64,000 nucleotides of DNA. Origin: Chrysomallon squamiferum. Its lineage: Eukaryota; Animalia; Mollusca. The stretch is from positions 2,108,001 to 2,172,000 of the forward strand of contig CM022673.1 in NCBI GenBank assembly GCA_012295275.1, read 5' to 3'. Under the pieces are notes generated by a model, which searched no databases, was not told the DNA's origin, and was given only the letters and a program-made list of their open reading frames with translations. The position numbers were made by a program, and so were the translations under genes. How positions within the stretch are numbered: the first letter of the stretch is position 1; each line of letters opens with the position of its first letter. This document shows positions 54,702-64,000 of the stretch, one piece after another.

Positions 54702-55236
54702 ATTAGTTAGTTTTAATTTTATTTTCATCTATCATATTTATTTATTTATTCCAAAATTCAGCAGTTATTTTTTACAAATATATTTTTTATCCATATATCT
54801 CCAATCAGAATAACACACAATCAGAATATAAAAAAATTTATTCTTATTTCTTTTTTTTTTAAAAATTCAGTTTGGTTACAAATAATTATCCTGCAAAATC
54901 AGAATACAGAAAAGAAGAAAAAAAAAAAAAAAGAAATGGAAGAATGAATTAAAACTTAACCTTTTTTACAAAGAAATGGTTCGACTTCTGCATGTTCGTC
55001 TGCTGTGTGTTTGCAGTGACATCTGATTGGCTGTCCCCCATTCATCGGCATGTATTTGTAGGTCCGACATCGGCAGCCTTTCACGCGACACGGAAGTAAA
55101 ATTGGACGCTCGGATGGAATCACCTCGAAGTCAGTTTTGTGCTGCTTGTACCTGAAGAAAGACTAAGTAGTGAGGGACTGACCGAGGGAGAGAGGAAGAA
55201 AGACAGAGAGACAGAGAGAGAGAGAGAGACAGAGCA

Positions 55237-55329
<93 letters not shown>

Positions 55330-55835
55330 TTCAAATAGATACAGAAAGACAAAGAGAGAAATATAGAAAGAGAGAGAGTCATACAGACTGATAGAGACAG
55401 AGAGAGAAAGAGAGGAAGAGAGAGTAACAAACACACAGAAAGACAGACAGTAATGATTGAGTGAGAGAGACAGGTAGAAAGAAAAGAACTCAGTAATGAG
55501 TGAGTGACAAACTGATGCTGCTTGCTAGCTTTCAGAATATTGCTGAAATCCTGAAGTAGCTGTTTATAATAATTTTGTATTGAAAAAATTAACAATTACA
55601 ATAACCAAAAAATCACAGGCACAAGATGATGTCCATCAGATGATATACAGAAACACAGGGATGAATGCATGTGTCTGATTCATATAAACTCAGTGTTCTC
55701 TAACATCTAGAATTACTGGTATTTACAAGTCAAGATGTACCTGTGTTTGCAGAAACACAGAGTTTCAGGTCCAATCAGCTTGCAGTCCATGCCACTGGGA
55801 GCTGTCCAAGAGGTGAAGAGTCGATTTTTGATTCG

Positions 55836-55887
<52 letters not shown>

Positions 55888-56670
55888 TTAATATTAATAA
55901 GAAGAAGAAGAAGAAGAATGATAATAATTATTTTCATCATAATTGTAATAAATAAATAAATCAGTTAGATCAGCTGTTCTCAAAAATATTGAGGTATTGT
56001 TCTTGATCAAAAAATTTGTTCTCTTTAATAAAATCTTGCCAGGACATTAAGAAATATCAGGGGATTTGTTAACAGATGTCAGACAAGAAGCTGTATAAGA
56101 AAACAAATAGCATATGTATTAAAAAGTATAATTTTTGCTTTTTTACTTTACTTTACTTTACTTTATTTATTTTATTTTTATTTTTTTATTTGTTGTTGTT
56201 TTGTTTTGTTTTGTTTTTTTTTTTTTTATTTACTTATTTCTTCCTTTAAATCTTAATTATTCATGAAATATAACAATGAAAGATTATAAATTAAGAAATA
56301 TCTGGTCACTGTCATATTTCTATATTAGAGCAGATTGACTTTACTATGCAAGTAAAATTATTTTATTTATTTTTTATTTTTTTATTTTTCTTTGTAGAAT
56401 CTGCTGCACACCTCAAGGTCATGAAATAGTGTAAGCAGGTTCTCTCTTGTACAAAAAAGCCCAATATAATATTGGATAATTAACAACTGTTAATAATGTA
56501 CTATTTACTCATTCATCCTCAACATACCATCGGTAGGACTTTTTTCTTGTATTCTTTATATTGTTCTGGGGTGAACAAAACACCTCCATCATCTTCACCA
56601 ACAATCCTGAAAAATATATGATTTTATATCAGTATTCAGTTTTATTCTATTATTATTATTATTTATTTGT

Positions 56671-56748
<78 letters not shown>

Positions 56749-57113
56749 GTATTTATTAATTTATATATTAATTTATTTATTTTTCAATGACCTATATTAG
56801 TGCATGGTTGCTATGAGGAATATAAACTTCATTTTAAATTTTCTCTTATGTTTATAAATATAAATAGCATTACTGACTTACAATTATATTTAACTTACAT
56901 TAAAAAAAATATATAATAATAATAATCATTTTAAAAATACAAAAATAAAATTCCATATACCCTAGCTTCGAGGTATGTCGATTGGACAAGTTTTAAAATT
57001 AATATTATTATACTATTTGTATTAACAATTAAAAATTACCTTTTATATTCCAAGTATTCGTCTATGGACGCTGCTGCAGTTTTATCTAACTTAATTGAAT
57101 ATTGGTCGGACAT
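51824..57113 (-). CDS. FAM221A: Protein FAM221A orthologue, 8 coding exons, about 319 aa
   Basis: Exons 57040-57113, 56528-56606, 55741-55835, 54961-55151, 54400-54612, 53357-53467, 52764-52877, 51824-51907. The translation contains DEYLEYKRIVGEDDGG, GMDCKLIGPETLCFCKHRYKQHKTD, PYAAMGGLTGFSSLAEGYMRLD, EDDMAFYERRYQER and KPS*, all matching FAM221A as I recall it. One phase mismatch at exon 7. Confidence 0.93.
52764..52877 (-). CDS. FAM221A: FAM221A exon 7 (apparent +1 indel near 52855-52857)
   Basis: cacag|...AGA|GTAAGT; VSAMKRPGEDDMAFYERRYQER. Confidence 0.8.
53357..53467 (-). CDS. FAM221A: FAM221A exon 6
   Basis: gacag|GT...ATCG|GTTTGT; APSEEFLNQEITSNDNPFLRAN. Confidence 0.85.
54400..54612 (-). 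CDS. FAM221A: FAM221A exon 5
   Basis: ttgcag|CT...AAG|GTAGGC; CTGFRSSFTCGCG...PYAAMGGLTGFSSLAEGYMRLDPSG. Confidence 0.93.
54961..55151 (-). CDS. FAM221A: FAM221A exon 4
   Basis: cttcag|G...AAG|GTTAAG; YKQHKTDFEVIPSERPILLPCRVKGCRC...CHCKHTADEH. Confidence 0.9.
55200..55326. repeat. (GA)n microsatellite in FAM221A intron 3
   Basis: Direct inspection. Confidence 0.9.
55741..55835 (-). CDS. FAM221A: FAM221A exon 3
   Basis: attcag|CGA...CAG|GTAC; RIKNRLFTSWTAPSGMDCKLIGPETLCFCKH. Confidence 0.9.
56528..56606 (-). CDS. FAM221A: FAM221A exon 2
   Basis: ttcag|G...ATG|GTATGT; IVGEDDGGVLFTPEQYKEYKKKVLPM. Confidence 0.9.
57040..57113 (-). CDS. FAM221A: FAM221A exon 1 (coding part)
   Basis: ATG...AAG|GTAATT; MSDQYSIKLDKTAAASIDEYLEYK; an acceptor-like acacag| 7 nt upstream suggests a non-coding 5' exon. 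Confidence 0.85.
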
Positions 57114-57467
57114 TTTGTTGCTGTGTAACAAAGGTTACAAAACAAATTAAATTAGTATTTGCATTTCACAAGAAATTAACAAAAATTGTTTACATTGGTA
57201 CCGCACCAACGGAATGTGTATTTTTGAAACAGGAGAACGAACAAGGGCCGCAATGCACGTCGAGTGCAAAATATCTATTCAGGCGAGTCCTGTGTTAAGT
57301 ATATTAACATACTATCATCATCATCATACTTATCATCATAATGATTTTAAGCATATCTGAGAACAAATAATAGAAGAAAAAACCAACAAATGAATAATAC
57401 GACCGATTTATTATTATCATCATTGTTGTTATTGTTATTTTGTTGTTTTTTGTTGTTGTTGTTGTTG

Positions 57468-57519
<52 letters not shown>

Positions 57520-57683
57520 CATCATTTGCATTTTATCGCATAATAAACGTTTCTTCTTTTCTTATTAATTTTAATTTACACTATCATTTTATTTTATTGC
57601 TCAGTAATTTTTATTTCACATTAAATTAATGCATGCACGCTTAAAATGATAAAAGGATAAAGGACATAGTGTATAACAAAAAA

Positions 57684-57755
<72 letters not shown>

Positions 57756-58275
57756 TAAAATATGTTATAATCAAATAAATAGCATTCACAAACACCATGG
57801 TATTAATGCACCTTAAGTGAACGAATCTCTAAGCAATTTCCTTTTCAGAAGAAAAACACGCAGTCCCGCTGACCTTGCAAAACTGAAGGTGAATCACAAA
57901 TTAAATTCAATAATTTCTTCACCATTTCATTATTCCGTTAATGAAATGAGGTGATTTCGCGTCTTTCTTACGCAGTCTGATTGTATCGCAACTGGGAGAG
58001 GCGAAAAACAGGATTATTTCCACTTGAAGAAATCTGAACAGCAAACGTTTTCTTTTCTCTTGCTTTGTCTTAGACTTACTCTCTTTCTGTCTCTCCGTCT
58101 TTCTCTCTGTTTCTTTGCTATTTTTTTATTCTCTCTCTCTCCCTCTCTTTGTCTATTATTTCTTTGTCTTTCTCTCTGTCTCTGTCCGTCCACATCTCTT
58201 TTTCTCGCTGTTATCTGTTAGACTTTCATTCTCCGTGTATCACTGTACATTTTCTTTCATCGTTCTGTAATATTT

Positions 58276-58606
<331 letters not shown>

Positions 58607-58713
58607 AAATATTAGTTGACAGTTAAATAAAACAGCATTTCCTTTCATCAACATATGATAATCGAATTTATTTATTTATTTGTTTGCATTTCACTAATTC
58701 TATTCATGTTAGA

Positions 58714-58774
<61 letters not shown>

Positions 58775-59783
58775 TTGATCGAAACTATTTTAATTTCACT
58801 TACAAGTTGTCATGATATTGTTTTAATATAACGAAGTAAACTGATCATATTTTAAAATTCAGAGATCCTTCATTTCAGCTCTTTTTAAAAAATAAAAAAG
58901 TATCAAATATGCACCCTACAAACACGGCAGGAACGTGAAACACACGTGTGACCCAAAAAAACAACAGCTCGTTTTCACAACAAAAGTCACAGTAGTAAGT
59001 TCCATACTGATTCTGTCGACATAGGCAACACTCTGACGATATCGTCTGCATTTTCTCTGAAGCTGAAAACCGGAGAAGTGCAGTGCACTGGTGTATTTTT
59101 CTCTGTCATAAATGACTGAAATGTGGATGATACTACTGACATCCTGAAACCGTAAGAAAATTAGAATTATATGACTTTTTTCTACTGTACAGTTTTCAGC
59201 TACTAACGAAACAAAACTATCATTTGCATAGTTCTGTTTCTATACAAATGTACGTGTATATGTGTGTTTGTGTGTGTGTGTCTTCTGTATGTGTGTTTGC
59301 ACAGAAATACATATATATACACACACATGTGTATATATATACAGGCATATGAAAAAACGGACTGTTATCGACTAGAACGCCAAAAGTATTAAGAGGTACT
59401 TAGAACGTTATTCAATTTAGCCAGAAATTGACTAAAAGGCAAAGTCAATCAATAACGATGTCATTTTGATGTCTGGCTTGGAACCATTTTCAATATAATT
59501 CTAACCCGGAGTGTCAATTCCAGCTCACTGCTTGGTTTCTGCAGAATTTGATTTTTCCCATTACAAGTCATCGCATTTCCTAAAACATCATTGACCCGGC
59601 CCCGGGATGTCTGTAAAAATGTCATCTTCTGTTATGGATTACTTCCTCATAAAGCCTTAACGACTTTAAACTGATCATATGATGGAGTTTTTTTGTTTGT
59701 TTGTTTGTTTTTCTATTTGCTCTACCGAGATTTCATTAAAATAAATAGCATTTAATGTGCGTACACAGCCAACTTCAAAACAC

Positions 59784-59826
<43 letters not shown>

Positions 59827-61261
59827 AGTATAGATTCGTATATACATCGAAAATGGTTTACTTTGAATGGTATGATGTCATTTAGATTTCTGTTTTATAA
59901 CAGAGAGAGATAGAGAGAAGATGCACAAATAATTTTGTTGTTTAACTTCGCTTTTGAAAGAAGGAAGTCAGTGGGTGAGAGAGATTTTAAGTATTATATA
60001 CGAATTTTTTTGTTTCGATTTTGGTTTTTCCATGGGCATGCATAAAGCATAAAAAATTGATTTCTGAATTCACATGTTTAAAATGTCGAATACAAAATGT
60101 ATATAAAATTGAACGGGTATCCTTTAAACAAATATCACGCACAGTGCACTGGCACATATTTCATTGACTACAACGGTTATATGGAGATATGGATTATAAT
60201 ACCAAGAAAAGGTGAAAGGTTGGATGGCAAAATACCGTTTTCAAGACGGCCCTTGCTAAATCATTCACAAGAATCGATTTGGAAAAAATGGAAGAGCAAA
60301 TATGAGACAGAGGCTCGATCGATATTTCCATGGAAACGACGGCTCTTGACGTTTCAACGTAAAACAGCTTTTCACCGACATTTTTCAGGATAAGCTTCTT
60401 CTACTTAGTGAGGGGAAGGACACCCAGATCCTGTGTGAGTTTGTTCCCCTGTGCTATCTCATGTCCTCATTTCCAAAAATCGCAAAGGACGAAACTGCTG
60501 GAGATTGAGCTGACTCGTGCAGAACAGATTAAAAACAAACGCAATGCTCTCTGATGACCGATTGATCAAGTATTTTATTATAACATCTGTACAGTTTCAC
60601 AAGTCAACATCACGAAAATATATACACACAGTCACCTTACACCCTCATATATAGATATATAGATACATACATACATACATACACACATATACATACATTA
60701 ATACATACATACATACACACATACACATACACGTATCCAGAGGCATCTGATGCTAATGAGGTTATGACTGAAGTTTGTCTTCGTCTGAAGTACGTTTCCG
60801 AACATTGTCTAATAAAACAGAATATTCGTTTCCAAACTCGCACGCACGCACGCACACACACACACGCGCGCGCACACAGACACACACAAACACACACAGA
60901 GAGACATACACAAACACACACCCATACACAGACATTCAGACGTACAAAACACACACCCATACACAGACATTCAGACGTACATAAATAACTCTACATTGCC
61001 TTTCTGACTACCACTCATCATTTAGGTTTATTATCTGTTTCGTATCACTTTTTTTTATTATTAAATCAGAAAAAACCTGGAAACTAAATTGAACAGAATG
61101 ATTTAGTCGCAGATCCAGCTATAAACCTGCTTTTTATAGTCACGAGAAAAGCTCAACAGCACAGAAATGTCGAGACATAAAAATAGTGAGACATAAAAAG
61201 TGCTGTCACAAGTCTGCTGCTTTATTGAGTGTCATAGAAAGACAATTACGTATTTACACCA

Positions 61262-61276
61262 CAGGAAGTGACGTCA
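61262..61276. promoter_or_regulatory. Overlapping ETS-CRE composite motif CAGGAAGTGACGTCA
   Basis: ETS core GGAAGT overlapping the palindromic CRE TGACGTCA in the CpG-rich intergenic region between FAM221A and the lectin. Confidence 0.35.
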
Positions 61277-62087
61277 GTGTTATGGGTCTTTGGTAGAAGA
61301 TTTTTTGCATATGGAAGCGTTGTCATTGGCGACATCGTTCTCCAAATATAGCATACAAATTACTTTGACATTTGAAATAGCTGTACAACATTTCTCGAGG
61401 ATACTCAAACACACCTCTCAGACAAATTGTGAAGGAAAGCCGTTGTGAATTAAACGTATCTAGTAAACTATAGTCATTTCAAATTCAAATATAACAGGAA
61501 TACCATATGATCTCAGTATTAACTGTTAATTTACCTGATAGTGTTTTATTTGAACATGCATATACTGATGTTAATTTAGGTTTCGTTGTTTTTAATATTT
61601 TTCATATAATTCTTTATGTTTTTGTTACATTAGTTTGTTTGTTCACAGAAGCAGGGTGTTATAAAACAAAGCCTTCCTGTAGTTTAAATTTTTAGTCTTG
61701 CTTGCATAACCATAGAGTTCATAATGTCGTCGACCTCATTATTCATAATACTAGCAGACTGGTTCCATTTTATAACCATCGTTGTTGTTATATATTTATT
61801 GTTTTGTTTTCATGTTTCCATTGTTCTGTTATAACTGACAACTATGTATGTATACAAACTTTAAGGCAATAAAACATACTATAGATCATTAAAAAAAAAA
61901 TTTTTTTTTTAAAATGAGAATTTTTTTTTAGAAGTAACCAGGAAAGCATTAGAGTTTACTGACCAGCTTTTGTTTCTTTGAGGTAAAATGGAGGGGTGCC
62001 AAACTGAAAATGAGACCATTCCACTCTGATTTAAGTGATACAACATTTACATCTTCACAAACCAACATACACATCTGATATTACACA

Positions 62088-62118
<31 letters not shown>

Positions 62119-62589
62119 ATATTAACGAAGTGTCTCAAAAGTCAATATTTTGAAAAATAACTGGGATTTACGAAAAACTGGCTTAAGACATGAAGAATAT
62201 ATTTATTTCCAAGTACTGCCACAAATTACACACAATTCGACATAAACCAGTTAACGTTTTGCAATACAAATTTACTCAAAAAATACATATCTTTACTAGA
62301 GCATAGCATTTGTAAAAATACATACTGTGTCACTGAGATAGACACACACACACAAACACACACACATACACACACACATACATACATACATACATACATA
62401 CATACATACATACAAACACACACACACACATATACACACACACAAGGATCCATTCTTTTCGAAATATTTTAAATTATAATACGTTATCGTCTGCGGCATA
62501 ACATAAATGCATATCTCAAAAAAATGCAGGACACGAGAAGAGTTAATACGCCGACTGCAGCGAGTAACACGTTCAGTAACTTCCACCAA

Positions 62590-62751
62590 GTTCCCAGCCC
62601 ACCCTCTAACAACGTAGATGTGTGTTATTTATACAGATCTGCTCGCAGCACGTGATGTTACTTACCTATTCTGCTCTGATTCAGAGGCTGTGGTATGTGG
62701 TTGATTCGGCCAGCTTCCCGTTTGCTCAGTGCAGGTTCTGTATAGGTACGT
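62590..62751 (+). promoter_or_regulatory. Candidate promoter and 5' exon of the lectin gene (donor TAG|GTACGT at 62745/62746)
   Basis: CCCACCC box at about 62598, TATTTATA at about 62626, E-box CACGTG at 62649, and a consensus donor that pairs with the acceptor at 63126. Confidence 0.4.
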
Positions 62752-63131
62752 TGTAGTATTTGTTTTAGAACTAGTTCAGCCAGTTTTCTGTTGGGCGTAC
62801 TTGTAATAACGTCGACGTTTGCCGAGTAAAAAGGATTTGGCTTTGGTTTCTGACGTTATCTTCATAGTGAAAGGGATTTATATGTGATTGTTTTTTTCTA
62901 AAGGAAAAAACAACAAAACTTCTCGACAATAATATAAATTGGAAAATTAAGTCGGTGCATTTGTTTGTGTGGATATTTGGAAATCCATAACCGTTCTTTT
63001 CTGAGCACCTACCAAAAAAAGGAAAAAAATAAGCAAAACCGGATAATACAACAACATTTTGATATCAGCTATATTAGCGTCAGTGATTTCTGTGAAGAGG
63101 AGTTTCAGAGAAATTTCATTCTGCAGATATC

Positions 63132-63617
63132 ATGGGTCAGGATGCAAGCAAAGGCTCGGCGCACTACACCAGCGTTCCTGGGATGATCCGCCATTGGTCG
63201 AGCGGGAAGTTCATTCATCCTTCCGGCGGCGAAGAGAACCCAGACAACGACACCAAACTGGTCGTGCACGACGCCATCCACGCCAACATGCAGTTCCGCT
63301 TCGTGCAGTTCGAAGACGTCTGGGGCTACATCGAACACGCGGCTAGCGGCAAGGTCGTGCACCCGCAGGGCGGAAGCCACGACCCGGACAACGGCACCAG
63401 TCTAGTGCTGCACGAAGACAGGCACGCGGCGGCTCTCTTCTCCTTCGACTACAGCAACCACCTCATTCAGCACCGCAGCGGCAAGTTCATCCACCCACAG
63501 GGCGGCAGCGTCAGCCCCGACAACGACACGGAGCTCGTGCTGCACGAAGACGTTCACGACGGCATGAGATGGGTCGCTGTGACCAAAGACAACGTGGAGA
63601 CTCCTATATACATGTGA
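63132..63617 (+). CDS. Mytilectin-family (MytiLec-1/CGL-like) beta-trefoil galactose-binding lectin, 161 aa
   Basis: Three internal repeats of H-x(2-3)-SGK-x-[IV]HPxGG-x3-PDN-x-T-x-LV[VL]H-x-x-x-H, plus WGYIEHAASGKVVHP, which resembles MytiLec-1; strong Kozak context (atcATGG) 5 nt after the acceptor ttctgcag|; GC-rich codon usage. Confidence 0.92.
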   Translation: MGQDASKGSAHYTSVPGMIRHWSSGKFIHPSGGEENPDNDTKLVVHDAIHANMQFRFVQFEDVWGYIEHAASGKVVHPQGGSHDPDNGTSLVLHEDRHAAALFSFDYSNHLIQHRSGKFIHPQGGSVSPDNDTELVLHEDVHDGMRWVAVTKDNVETPIYM

Positions 63618-63715
63618 TGACGTTTTGTTGTAACAGATGTTTAATAACCATTTCTTCTTCTTCTCTTTTTCTTTTTTTTTTTTTTCTTTTATTATCAATG
63701 TTTGTATTAATTTTG

Positions 63716-63746
<31 letters not shown>

Positions 63747-64000
63747 CTTGTTTTATTAAGGTGACTTGACAGTTTAATAATCTATGAATAGACATTTTAA
63801 TTTTCTTAAAACATCTGCTTTTTTTTTCTTGCTTTTTTTTAAATATTTGTTATTCATCTGCTCTCTAAATATTTTTAAAGCTTAGGTATTGTTTACATAA
63901 ATATGTTACTCATTTGCTTTCTAAATGTTTTCTATGCTTAGGCATTATTCGATAATATAAACTGCTGTTTCACAAACTGAAGTCTTTTTTCCTTAGTTAC

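Noticed and set aside
60097-60393. 98-aa plus-strand ORF
   Set aside because: No recognisable domain or splice context; the length is compatible with chance
63105-63698. Antisense and alternate-frame ORFs over the lectin
   Set aside because: Expected shadows of a GC-rich CDS

Overview
AT-rich, microsatellite-dense eukaryotic DNA from an invertebrate animal; a lophotrochozoan such as a mollusc is my inference. I reconstructed three protein-coding genes by hand from splice sites and reading phases. (1) A 16-exon minus-strand KIAA1549/UPF0606-like single-pass membrane protein (9481-46113, about 3,390 aa). Its exon 2 is a 7.9-kb Ser/Thr mucin-like exon with a 33-bp coding VNTR and two single-base frameshifts. 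(2) An 8-exon minus-strand FAM221A orthologue (51824-57113) with one apparent single-base frameshift. (3) A GC-rich plus-strand mytilectin-family (MytiLec/CGL-like) beta-trefoil galactose lectin (63132-63617) with an unusual MGQDASK N-myristoylation-like start. Sharp CpG-rich and CpG-poor domains track the gene bodies, consistent with mosaic methylation. A tight NF-kB/E-box/STAT/AP-1 motif cluster lies at about 5.2-5.3 kb, and several minisatellites are present. Most short ORFs in the supplied track are microsatellite or antisense-shadow artefacts. Family assignments rest on my recollection of reference sequences, not on database searches.
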